A stretch of DNA of 64,000 nt from Candidatus Multivoradales bacterium (GTDB lineage Bacteria > Acidobacteriota > Thermoanaerobaculia > Multivoradales > J023), in assembly GCA_965248925.1 (NCBI GenBank), contig CBDFLE010000005.1:1344001-1408000 (forward strand). The letters are read 5' to 3'. Shown here in pieces: positions 9,405-19,500 of the stretch. The position numbers and the translations under genes are program-made. Below the pieces are notes generated by a model, which had not been told where the DNA came from, ran no database searches, and saw only the letters and a program-made list of their open reading frames with translations. How positions within the stretch are numbered: the first letter of the stretch is position 1; every line of letters starts with the position of its first letter.

Positions 9405-11457
9405 CCCAGCCTCCTGAAGGTTCAGCGCTGGCCGGACCGCCAAGTTCACGACTCTTGCTGAGCTGCTGAACCCAGGCCACCAGATCCGCCACCTCGCGGT
9501 CCGGCAAAGTCTCATGACCAGGCATCGAAGTGCCCAGCAGGCCGAATTTCACCAGCCGCGCCAAAGCCAGATCCGCAGAATCCGCGCCGGGCCCCCAAGA
9601 CACTGCCCAGAACTCCCCCTTGGTGAGATCCATGGCCGGACGAAAGACCGCCGCCGCCAGCGGTCCATGCCCCCGCCCATCGCTGCCGTGGCAGGCCGCG
9701 CAATAGCTCGCGAACAGCACCGCGCCGCGCTCGCCGCTACCGCCCCTGAAGCTCTCGGCCATCGGATGGGCTGCCACCTGCGCCGCCCAAATGATGAGCG
9801 GTGCCGCCCGCAAGCTCGTCAAATAGGCCACCAAATCACTACCCCGCCGGCCATCGCCAACGAATAGATGCCGGTAGGACGGCATTCTCGACGCTGGCTC
9901 CAGGGTTCGCGGATCGAGCAGATGGAGACGGTGCCAAGTGGCCGAGCGGCGCAAGCCTGCGTTGCTGAGATCGGGACCTTGGCGGCGATTGCCATACAAC
10001 GGGGGACGCTCATTGGCTCCGACTCGGTCCTCCCCGTTCGACCCCGGCAAGGGTCCCCACAACTCAGTGTCCCTGAGCAAGGGGCGGACGTATTGCGAGT
10101 GACAGCCGATGCACCCTTCGGCGATGTAGACCTGGCGACCGCCCGCCACCGCCGCGTCCAACCGCGCTTCAGCTGTCGGGTTTGGCTCCGACCCGCCACC
10201 GCCAAACATCCCCAGGGCGAGGAGGCCGCCAGTGAAAGTCAGGCCATGGCGGCGTAGCAGCCCGGCGAGCCGGCCACTGCCCAGCGCCCAAGCCAGCAGC
10301 AGCAACACAGCAGCGATCAGCACAAAACTCCGCGGAATCTGCTCGCGACCTTGTGCCATGGCAATTCCCAAGCCCGAACCCAACCAGCCCGCGACACCGA
10401 ACAACAACGCTGCGCGAAATCTCCCTGGCACCCGCCCGGGTGCTTCGCCGCCGGCCGAGGGGTAGACTACTAGCGCCACCGAGTAGAACGAGATTCCCAT
10501 CGCATACAACGAGCCCGATATCGCCGCCGCGACACCTCCGAGACTCAGCAAGCGAAAAGCTACCGCAAAGAGAGTGACGGCGCTGAGCAACAAGCCGTGG
10601 AAATTGCCGCGATCGATCCGCCAGCCAGCGATCAGCGCCGCTGCCAAATGGGTCCAACCGATAACTATCTTACCTTGCCCCGCCCAAGTCGCCCCTCGCA
10701 GCACCGGACTTTGCTGGATGATGGCAAATGCCGCTGAGTCGAGCCAAATCAGCGCCAAGAAGGCCAGCACCACAGCGGCAAAACCCAAGCCAGCGAAATC
10801 TCTAGTCATCAGCCCTGCTGGACGGCTTAGCGGCTCGCCGACCGGTGGCTGCGCGGTCTCTCCCCGTTCGAGAAAGGGAGTCGCCGCCAGGCCCGCCAGG
10901 CAAGCCAGCGACGCCGCTACACTCTGCTCCACCGGCGAACCTGCGAAGAGAAGCGGCACATTGCTCAGCAAATATGCCAGGCCGGTTCCCAGGCCAACTC
11001 CCAACCCCAGCCTGCGACCGCCGAGCAGAAATCGCAGACGATAAGCCAGCGAGACCGTGGCCAGTGCCGTCGAGGCACCGATCAGTACAGCGATGGCGAT
11101 CAAGGCGCTCACCGCCGTACATGTCGGTGCCAACAGCGCCGCCAGCGCGCCGCCGGCCAACCCAGCCCGCAGCAGACGCAGGGTCGGCACCTTGCCCAAG
11201 GCCCAGGCGGCACCGAGACTGGTCAACAAGCCCGCAAAGCCCATCGCCCCCATCGCTCGCTGAAGCCAGAGGACCGAGTTCAAGCGCAGTTCGAGCACCT
11301 GGAGGAAACCAAACTGAGCATAGAGCAAGAAGAAGATGTAGACCGCGGCGATCACCACCACGCCGGCAACCCAAGGCGCCAGGCCAACACTCGCAGGTGC
11401 TTCGAGGACTTTGCCCCTCGCCCCGTTGTCGCGGTCAGAATCTAGCGCAGGACTCAT
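9394..11457 (-). CDS. Fusion: MFS-like multi-TM domain + CcoO (cbb3 subunit II)-like cytochrome c + second c-type cytochrome
   Basis: About 12-13 hydrophobic segments, then GRQVYIAEGCIGCHSQYVRP...GNRRQGPDLS...WHRLHLLDPR...SRMPSY (CcoO pattern), then YCAACHG...TSMPG. Confidence 0.85.
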   Translation of the reverse strand: MSPALDSDRDNGARGKVLEAPASVGLAPWVAGVVVIAAVYIFFLLYAQFGFLQVLELRLNSVLWLQRAMGAMGFAGLLTSLGAAWALGKVPTLRLLRAGLAGGALAALLAPTCTAVSALIAIAVLIGASTALATVSLAYRLRFLLGGRRLGLGVGLGTGLAYLLSNVPLLFAGSPVEQSVAASLACLAGLAATPFLERGETAQPPVGEPLSRPAGLMTRDFAGLGFAAVVLAFLALIWLDSAAFAIIQQSPVLRGATWAGQGKIVIGWTHLAAALIAGWRIDRGNFHGLLLSAVTLFAVAFRLLSLGGVAAAISGSLYAMGISFYSVALVVYPSAGGEAPGRVPGRFRAALLFGVAGWLGSGLGIAMAQGREQIPRSFVLIAAVLLLLAWALGSGRLAGLLRRHGLTFTGGLLALGMFGGGGSEPNPTAEARLDAAVAGGRQVYIAEGCIGCHSQYVRPLLRDTELWGPLPGSNGEDRVGANERPPLYGNRRQGPDLSNAGLRRSATWHRLHLLDPRTLEPASRMPSYRHLFVGDGRRGSDLVAYLTSLRAAPLIIWAAQVAAHPMAESFRGGSGERGAVLFASYCAACHGSDGRGHGPLAAAVFRPAMDLTKGEFWAVSWGPGADSADLALARLVKFGLLGTSMPGHETLPDREVADLVAWVQQLSKSRELGGPASAEPSGGWDEG

Positions 11458-11460
11458 GCT

Positions 11461-11868
11461 CTACCGCTGCCGCCACAACTGCCGCAGCCACCCCAGCTGG
11501 GCGATCGCCAGCAGCCAATCCGTGGCCATCACGGTGATCCATGGCAGCGATAGGCCACCGCTCAGCAGGCTGCCGCCGATGAACAGCGCCACCGCCGTAC
11601 GCAGCAAAGCGGTGATCTCGAAAATTGTCCGCAAACGCCCCAGGCGATGACCGCGGTCGAGCAGAAAGGGCAACAGGTAGGCAGCGCCCACCGCAGCGAC
11701 AAACACCCCAACAAAGCGCAGGAAGACGGTGTCAGATGGCGGATCCGAGACACCGAACAACCCCACTGTCAACCTTGGAGCAACGATCAGGGCCAGGCCG
11801 GTACAGCCGTCCAGTAGGCCGACCGCCAAGCTGAAAGTCTCCACTTGTCGGGTGAGACTCAATTTCAT
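11461..11868 (-). CDS. Small four-TM membrane protein
   Basis: 135 aa from ATG 11868 (ATGA overlap with the upstream stop); hydrophobic helices. Confidence 0.7.
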   Translation of the reverse strand: MKLSLTRQVETFSLAVGLLDGCTGLALIVAPRLTVGLFGVSDPPSDTVFLRFVGVFVAAVGAAYLLPFLLDRGHRLGRLRTIFEITALLRTAVALFIGGSLLSGGLSLPWITVMATDWLLAIAQLGWLRQLWRQR

Positions 11869-13190
11869 GCCACCACCTCCTCCGCTGGCGAGCGGGACCA
11901 CGCCGCCACCAGCCATTCAGCGGATGCGGCCAACATCGCCACCCCGCCCCCCAGGCGCAGCCCGTAGAGCAGATCGACAGCTCCCCGCCCGCCGAACAAG
12001 AAGTTGGGCCGGACCGCTTCGAGCGCTCCGAGGATGGTCAAAGAGAGCACCAATAGCAGAGTTCCTCCATGCCACAGCACAAAGGCCCGGCGATGCTGAA
12101 AGAGGCCCGCCAGGGGGGTCTCCCGGTGCATTCCTTCGAGCAGAAGGACAACAAAGCAAGTCAGCATCCCAGCCATCGCCAGATGGGCGTGAGCTACCAG
12201 AGCATTGGTGAATTTCAACCCTTCGAGCAGGCCGGGCAGAAAGGCGACCACCCCACTGACAATCAAGAAACCGCCCCAACCAGCAAAGGCAGAAAGCCAC
12301 CACCTGCCCCCGAGTAACGCCGGAAAGCAGCGCAGATGGCGGCGCAAAAGCGGCCACCACACCACCAGGCTGCACAGGCTAGCCACCTGTAGCCAATCAC
12401 GGTGGCTGTGATCGGCGTGATCGAGCAGCGCGAACCAAACCAGGTGCAGGCCCAACACCACGCCAATCCGCCGTGCACGCCGACCACCCTCGAGAGGCTT
12501 CAAACCAACCAGAAATGGATAAGCGAAGATAATCCCCACCAATGCCAACGAGCTGCCCAACAAGCTGGTTCCCGTGGGCCCGCCACTGATCGGATTGATC
12601 AGCGGGTAGACCGCCGGGCTGGCAACCCAGAACATCACTAGCGGCACCACTGACAGGGCGAGCAGCAGCAGCCCCTTGGCCAGCTTGCCAAGCGGGGACG
12701 ACCAGCCGGTTGCAGAACCTCCCCGGTTGGCTTTCAGCTGAGCGGCGAAACCCACCCACAGAGTCAAAGCCAGGCAGCCCAGAGCCACTGCCAGCAGCCC
12801 TCGCGCGGGGCCGCGCCATTCGAGGAAAATTTTCCCGCTGGACTGTCCAGCAAGCCAGGAAACGGCACCGAAGAGCAGGCTTCCGGACCACACCGAGACG
12901 GCCAGCAATGCCCCCCTGGAGCCGTCCCCGGGCGGCCGAAACAAGCGCAGCAGCACCCCCACCATCGGCAAGCTGACCCAGCCGTAGAGCTGCAAGTTGA
13001 AATGCACTGGCAACCATCGACCGTAAGTCAAAGCACCGGTCAAGCGCCCGAGTTGGGGAAACAGCAACAAGAGGGCGAGCCACACTCCGACCGCGTTGCC
13101 AACCACCAGCCAGGTCAGACTGTGCACCGTGACCTGCGAGGCGAGCGGCGAGTTACTCCCTCGGCGCGCCGCCGGGACGGCCGTACTCAT
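11865..13190 (-). CDS. Divergent heme-copper oxidase subunit I (CcoN-like) with altered CuB site
   Basis: TYGRWLPVHFNLQLYGW ~ CcoN helix II FGRLRPxHTN; SSGKIFLEW ~ SKEYAELEW; FTNALVAHAHLAMAG ~ helix X HxH. About 12 TMs. Confidence 0.75.
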   Translation of the reverse strand: MSTAVPAARRGSNSPLASQVTVHSLTWLVVGNAVGVWLALLLLFPQLGRLTGALTYGRWLPVHFNLQLYGWVSLPMVGVLLRLFRPPGDGSRGALLAVSVWSGSLLFGAVSWLAGQSSGKIFLEWRGPARGLLAVALGCLALTLWVGFAAQLKANRGGSATGWSSPLGKLAKGLLLLALSVVPLVMFWVASPAVYPLINPISGGPTGTSLLGSSLALVGIIFAYPFLVGLKPLEGGRRARRIGVVLGLHLVWFALLDHADHSHRDWLQVASLCSLVVWWPLLRRHLRCFPALLGGRWWLSAFAGWGGFLIVSGVVAFLPGLLEGLKFTNALVAHAHLAMAGMLTCFVVLLLEGMHRETPLAGLFQHRRAFVLWHGGTLLLVLSLTILGALEAVRPNFLFGGRGAVDLLYGLRLGGGVAMLAASAEWLVAAWSRSPAEEVVA

Positions 13191-13206
13191 CCCTTCACAC
13201 CTTCCT

Positions 13207-14229
13207 CTAAGCCGCCGCCAGGCGCTCTTCCATTTCGCGACACTCGTTCTCCAGCACCTCTTGCAAGCGCTCCAGGGGCCGCCACAGGATGGCATCAGCC
13301 TGATTACTCAGGCCAGCAATGATCTCCCTGCCTTCGTCGAGCAACCGGTTGACCTGCGCAGCCGCCTGCCGGACCCCCAACGCCTGAGCCAGATTGGGTC
13401 GCCCGAGCAGCCGATCGCGACCGGTTGACTTGCCAGCTTCTTGGCCCGACATCATCTGGTCCTTGAGGTCATCGAGAGCCTGATAGCCCAGGCCCCAGGT
13501 CAGCGCCAAACCCTCCAAGCGAGCTAACTCGCCAGCATCGCAGCCAGCGACCAAGGCCGGCAGCACCAGGGTCAGACGCACCAGGGTCACCGTCTTGCCC
13601 TCCGCCACCTGGCGGGCTTCCACCGCACCGCCGCGAAAAAAAAGGTCTTTGGACTGACCATTCAAGATACCCGCCACACCGAGGCAATCATCCACCAGGC
13701 GCGCCGCCGTTTGTTGACACTCAGCCGGCAACGGACCCAGCACCCGCCACAGCAGGTCGTAAGCGCGGGTGATCAAGGCCAACGAGCCGAGGATCGCTGC
13801 CCCTTCGCCATACACCCGGTGCGGGCAAGGCCGGCCGCGCCGCTCGACCGCATCGTCCATCGCCGGTAGATCGTCGAGCAGCAATGATGCGGTATGAAAG
13901 TACTCGACCGCAATGGCCAGCTCGAGAGCCGGCTGAGCGGCTTCGCCGTGGGCCCGCATCAAGCCGTAAATCACCTGCGCCCGCAGCAAGCCACCCGGAT
14001 GGTCGAGGGTATCGACCAAAACCCCGCGCAAATGCTCTTCGGTACCTGCGCCAACCTGCAGCAGATCGCGAAAGCCCGCCTCGACAAAGCGCCGGGGCAG
14101 GGGATCGAGGACGTTCCGCGGTGACTTCTCCGCCTTCGGAAAGCGGCTCGGAGCCGACTTTGCACCGAGTCCGGGCAGCGGCCGGGGCCGGGGCCAGCGA
14201 TCCAAGTCGCGTACTTCGCTGAGCGACAT
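13207..14229 (-). CDS. Trans-polyprenyl diphosphate synthase
   Basis: FARM EYFHTASLLLDDLPAMDDAVERRG, GQSKDL, KT, SARM YQALDDLKD, GKSTGRD; SD AGGAGG before ATG 14229. Confidence 0.9.
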   Translation of the reverse strand: MSLSEVRDLDRWPRPRPLPGLGAKSAPSRFPKAEKSPRNVLDPLPRRFVEAGFRDLLQVGAGTEEHLRGVLVDTLDHPGGLLRAQVIYGLMRAHGEAAQPALELAIAVEYFHTASLLLDDLPAMDDAVERRGRPCPHRVYGEGAAILGSLALITRAYDLLWRVLGPLPAECQQTAARLVDDCLGVAGILNGQSKDLFFRGGAVEARQVAEGKTVTLVRLTLVLPALVAGCDAGELARLEGLALTWGLGYQALDDLKDQMMSGQEAGKSTGRDRLLGRPNLAQALGVRQAAAQVNRLLDEGREIIAGLSNQADAILWRPLERLQEVLENECREMEERLAAA

Positions 14230-14240
14230 CCTCTGGCCTC

Positions 14241-14807
14241 CTAGTGCAACGGGCCACGAGCTCTTACGCTGACTTCGACAACTTTGCCCACTCGCAGAAA
14301 GAGCAGGCTCGGATTTTTCATTCCCCACTCCACATAGGGAACAGAGAAAGTAGTCTCGGCATCGAAGGTCTCTCCATCGAGGGTGAACTTGGCTGCCATC
14401 GACAAAGGGTGCTCATCGCCATGGATAGAAATGGTGCCAAAAATCTCTACTTCGCCGCTACCATCCGCCGGCAGCGTACCCTCGAAACGGCTCGGCTCGA
14501 AGACGATCCAGGGAAACTTCTCGGTTTCGAAAACCTTTTTGTGCATCGTCGCATCGCGTTTCTCGTTACCGGTTCTCGCCGATTTCAGAGCGAGCTTCAA
14601 CATGCCGCTGGCCTTGCTGCTCTGCGAATCCAGTCGCAGCTCGCCTTCGCTGAGTTGCAGCTGCCCTTCGACATCGTGGCCGGTCGCCGGCACATGAAAA
14701 GAAACCTCGGTCGCATCCAAGTCGAAGGTGATTATGCGTTCGACAGCAAACATCGAAGGAGCCAGGCAGAGCAGTCCAAAGTAACAGGTTAAGAGGATTC
14801 GGATCAT
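14241..14807 (-). CDS. YceI-family polyisoprenoid-binding periplasmic protein
   Basis: Signal peptide; TGNEKRDATM...FETEKFPWIVF...GTISIHG. Confidence 0.88.
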   Translation of the reverse strand: MIRILLTCYFGLLCLAPSMFAVERIITFDLDATEVSFHVPATGHDVEGQLQLSEGELRLDSQSSKASGMLKLALKSARTGNEKRDATMHKKVFETEKFPWIVFEPSRFEGTLPADGSGEVEIFGTISIHGDEHPLSMAAKFTLDGETFDAETTFSVPYVEWGMKNPSLLFLRVGKVVEVSVRARGPLH

Positions 14808-16264
14808 TGTCGATTCTCCATGCTAGATGATTCGAGAACAGCGCCAGATAGGTTTTCTACCTCGGCACCGAAAGACTTTAGGATCGAGTGCAACTTTAAT
14901 TCCGTTTCGCGGTACTCACGCCGCGGGTCAGAACCACTGACGATGCCGGCGCCGGCAAACGCCCGCACTTCGCGTCCGTCGATCAGAGCACTGCGCAGGG
15001 CGACGGCGAATTCACCGTCGCCAGCGCCATCGAACCAGCCGATCGGCGCCGCATACCATCCCCGTGGGGCGGCCTCGTGATCGCGGATCCACTGCCGCGC
15101 GTACTCGGTTGGCACGCCAGCAACCGCCGGCGTCGGGTGCAGAGCAGCCACCAACCGCAGCACATGGGTCGGAGTGCTCAGCGAGCCGGCGACCGGCGTC
15201 ACCAAGTGCTGCAAGCCGCGCAGCACCTTTACCCCTGGCTCGGCAGCGATCATCAAACGCTCACAGAAAGGTGCCAGCTGCCGCTCGATGGCTTGGACCA
15301 CCAACCGGTGCTCGTGGCGCTCCTTGGCGCAGGCAGTGAGCCGGCGTGCGGCGGCGGCACCCAGCACCGCCGAACCGGCTAGCGCTTCGCTGACCACTCG
15401 CCGACCACGCTTGGCCACCAAGCGCTCGGGAGTGGCGCCGAGAAAACAAGCACCGCCGTGGCGACAAGCAAAGCGAAGAGTACCGGCGGCCGGCAACCGG
15501 CGGAGCACAGCGGTGGTATCGGGCGGTTGCTGGAAGGTCACTCGGGCACCGTGGGCAGCGACCACCTTCTCCACCTGCGAACTCGCTATCGCCTGCCCGA
15601 TAGCCGCCACCGCCGACTCGAAGCGAGCCCTCGGAGGCGGCTCCAGGAGTGGTGTTGCGACCCCTGGAGCCACCACCCTTGGCTCGGGCGAGTCCAGCAC
15701 TTCGAGCAATTCCAAGGTGGTGTCGACAAGCTGGCGATAACTTCCACTTGCCAGCTCCGCGCTGCGCACCGCGAGGGTCAAACTGGCCCCCTGCGCGGTG
15801 GCGCGGTACAGCAATCGGGGCAAGACAAAGAGGGCATCTCCGAATGGCCGCCAAGGCGCCAGATCCGCCGCTCCGGGGTCAAAAGAAAAGCCGCCGAACA
15901 AGCGCGGCTGATGGCCTTGCGCCGCTGCCGAGCAGTCCTCATGGCGATCACTGTGGAATTCGGAGATCAGGACCTCCGCCTGCCGCTGAATGCTCTCGAA
16001 GCGATCCTCGCCGACAGCACTCAGTCGGTGGGCCGAGCCAAGACCGGCCACAGCCACACCATCACCAGCATTCCAAAAAACACTAGCGGAGCGCGGAAAC
16101 AAGTCTAGCTAGCGTTCCGCCGCGGTCACCGGCGCCGGTATCGTCATCAGAGTGGTTCCACGACGGCCCACCGCCCGCTGCAGGCAGCGCAGCAAAAAAC
16201 GCCGAACCTCGGGATCTTGCTGGATCGCTGCTGGGGCCGCGGACAGGCTCGTCGCTGAGGGCAT
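14804..16264 (-). CDS. menF: Isochorismate synthase (MenF-like, MST family) with an in-frame TAG at 16109-16111
   Basis: KVV, GATPERL, EALAGS, KERHEH, LHPTPAV, RGWY, FAGAGIV..S...E..ETELK. ATG 16264 with AAGGAG SD is in frame with 14804-16102 across GAA CGC TAG CTA GAC TTG. Confidence 0.8.
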
Positions 16265-16545
16265 CGGACTCCTTCGGAGCTGTACTCGGTGCGGCAACAA
16301 TGCCGACCGGATATCGCTAAGAGGGGGCGAGCAGGAAGATCCTTCGCGGTTTCTGAAGCGAAATCGAGATCAGAGAAAGGGAAAAGTTAGAAAGGCCCGC
16401 ACGGCAAGCGAGCGGCACCACCGTCGCTGCACCACCGTCGTTCAGTCCTACACCTCCGAACCTCAATCAACCAGCGAAATTCCAGGCCAGTTTCCGAGCC
16501 CCCAGTGGTGGGAAAGAGCGCCGCCGACGGAGCGCTAGCGCCACC

Positions 16546-19500
16546 TCAGTACCGCTTCCACAGTTTGATCCCAATCCCCTCGCGGGTCAGTCGGAAGAGC
16601 TTGCCGAGGGGCGCGCAGTACGGACTGTGGTGAGCTGGTTGATCATTGATGACGTCCACCGCCAGACGGCTGCGGGGCGAGGACTCACGGGTCAAGAGCA
16701 CTTTCAGCACGGCCCCGTACTCCGCCAGTCGGGGGTGCTCCGGTTCGATGTTGAATTGCAACTCAGCGGCATGCCGCTTCGACACCAACACCAACCGACT
16801 GCCATGGAAAACCAGATGGGTCGATGGTAAACGAGCTGGCAAATTGCCTTTGAGTGCTTCCAGGTCAACGCCGCACAACGACGCCGGATCATTGGCCGCC
16901 AGCCAGTAGATAACATCTTCGGGAAGGCCCTGGCGCAGCTCGCACAGTGCCCCTGGGGAGGCAAACTGCAACCCCGGTATGCCGTCAAAGAACTGCCCCG
17001 CCAACACTTCGCCGGACAACTCCATCAACCGCAGAGCGCGGAACACCCGTGACCAGCGCAACGCAGGTAGCTCACGAGCTAGCAGCTCGCGAAACACCAC
17101 CCCGTAGCGCTCGACCAGCCAGCGGGCACGATCCTTGGCCAGTTCTTCGCGCTCCAAGGCATCGAGGGGTTGGCTAGCGTTGGCTTCGAGCGCTCGCCAG
17201 CTATCGAGCCGCGGCCCGGTTGGGCGCCAACGATCAAGACCCCGGCGCCGCCCGCCGCGGCGAGCAGCGGCACGAGGCTCTTGCGCCGGCAGTTCGAAGC
17301 GCTGAGCGATTCCCTGGCGAACCGCCGCGAAGCTGCCACTGGTGACTCGGCCGCTCCAGGCCAAGCGCCACAACTCGGCAGCAGCCGCGGCGAGTTCGAG
17401 ACCAGCGCCGGCAGCAATCTCTGCCAACTCCAACCAACCACCACCCGGTGGCAACAGCTGAGCGCGGGCGGCGCTCTCGGCCACCGCCGACTCACCCTCT
17501 GCCGGTGGCTGGTGCAGGAGTTCCAAGTCGGAGGCGAGAACGAAGCTCAGCCGCCCCTTGCCCACCCCGGTCCACAGCAGCTGAGTCTCCCGCAGCAGGC
17601 TGTCGAGCCAAGCTTGATAGTAGGGTTCTAGCCGCGCCGGCAAGAAGTTGGATTCCCAGCTCTCGACCGGCGCCGGGTAGCCGAACAAGCGTTCCAAACT
17701 GTGCTGTAGGTCCTCCATCGCTGAGCCAGGCTCGGTGAGTCCTTGATGCCGAGCTAGCCACAGCGGCAGCTGCTCCAGACCCAGGGGCTCGAAGGCCGGC
17801 CGCGCCGCCAGCCGCAGCCAGCGAAGAAGAATCTCTAGGTTGTCGGCATCGCAGATCTCTACTGCCTCGACCCCCTGTTGCAACAAATCGACCACCAGCC
17901 GCTGGCCCTCGGCCAGTTCGGTGAGAACCCGCTCCAAAACGCTATCGTCAAAACCCCAGACCTGCCCGATTAGCCCCTGTGCCAGCGGCCCGTGAAAACG
18001 CAGCCACTCGCTCAGCACCAGCGCTAGCTCGGCTGCCGCTTCGGCGGCCGAGCGCCGCCCGATCAGCCGGTCAAGACGGCGCCGCGCTGGCTTCGGCGCG
18101 GCCTGCCTCGGATCGTCCACCCCTACCAGCTCGATCTGCTCGACCGTCAGCCCCAAGGCGTCGAGCAAATAGGGCAAGCGGTCGGTAGACACCACCACGG
18201 CTTCTTTCGCCCCCGGCAAGCACACTCCGAGAACTCGCTCGCCAAGCTCCTCGATCAGACCCGCCGGCTGCTCACCGTGGTCACTTTCCACCGCGGCGAG
18301 CAGCTCGCGCCACTCTTCTCGCGACAGCAGCAGGCGCTCATCGATCCAGTCGGCAAGGTCGTCGCCGGGACGGGGCGCATATCCCGCCAAGGTGCGCTGC
18401 ACCTTGCGCCGGAAGCGCTCCACCAGAGGGGCGGGCAACCGCGGCCGCAGCTGGGCCGAGAACACCAGTTCGCGCAATAGATCAGGGCGCACCCCGGTCC
18501 TCAGCTCTCCCCTCGGCGAGTCGTCCTCGTACATCAGGAAATTAGTCTCTTGCCATAACAAGTCAGCGGCAAAAGGCGATGGCACGGTGGTGCGCACATC
18601 GGCGATTTCTACTTCGCCGGCCGCCACCTCGGTGAGTCGTAGCTTCAAGGTTTCCAAGTCGAATTCGTCTTGCAGGCAGCTACGCCAAGTCTCGACCAGG
18701 ATGGGAAAGTCGCCGTAGCAGGCCACCCCATCGAGCAACTTCTTGGCCCGCTGACGAATCACCCACAGAGGCAGGCGCTGGCGGAAATTTTGCCGCGGCA
18801 GCAGCAGGGCAGTGGAAGCAGCAGCCCGGAAGCGGGCGCCAAAGAAGCCGGTGGCTTCGAGCCGCTGGCGTAGCAAACGCTCGATGCTCTCTGGCGGTAC
18901 CAGGGCGAATAGCTCCTCGGCACTGACCTGCCCCGGCAGGATCAGTAGCACGTTGTCGTCGCTGTGGTAGACCTCCAGATGATCGTCGTGGGCCTGGTCC
19001 CAGGCCGCGGCCAGGGCGGTGGCGAAGGGCCGGTTGACGGTGCCGCCCCAAAAGGTGTGGAGAATTACCCGCCGACGCCCGCCTTGAGCACCGTCCCAGC
19101 AATGCTCGACCAACAGCCGGCGACGATGCGGCAGTTTGCCGGTGGCCGCCTGCTGCTGCTGCAGAAACTCCACCAGCCGGTCGGCGGCGGCGGCCTCCAG
19201 ACAATGCCGGTCGATCAGCCGCTGGCGAAACTCGGGCCGGCCGAGGTGGTCATCGGCCTCTTGTAGCAGCCGCGCCACCTTCTCAGAGAGAAAAGCGCCA
19301 CGATCCTGAGCATCGGCCCGCCAAAAGGGGGCCAACGCCGCGCCACCATGCCCGGGCACCACCAGCACGTCGTTGTGGGTGATCTTGCGGATCCTCCACG
19401 CTTGGGTGCCGAGCACAAAGCTGTCGCCCACCGAACGCTCCCAAACAAACTCCTCATCCAGCTCGCCGAGCTTGGCCATCGACCGCTCTACTCGCAAGGT

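Noticed and set aside
11865-13190. Ordinary cbb3 oxidase ccoN
   Set aside because: The CuB His motifs are not recognisable and ccoP/Q and the assembly genes are absent, so no gene symbol was assigned.
16109-16111. Genome-wide TAG recoding or pyrrolysine
   Set aside because: TAG ends several clear genes here (yceI, MMPL, btuB, hflX), and no pyl genes are present.
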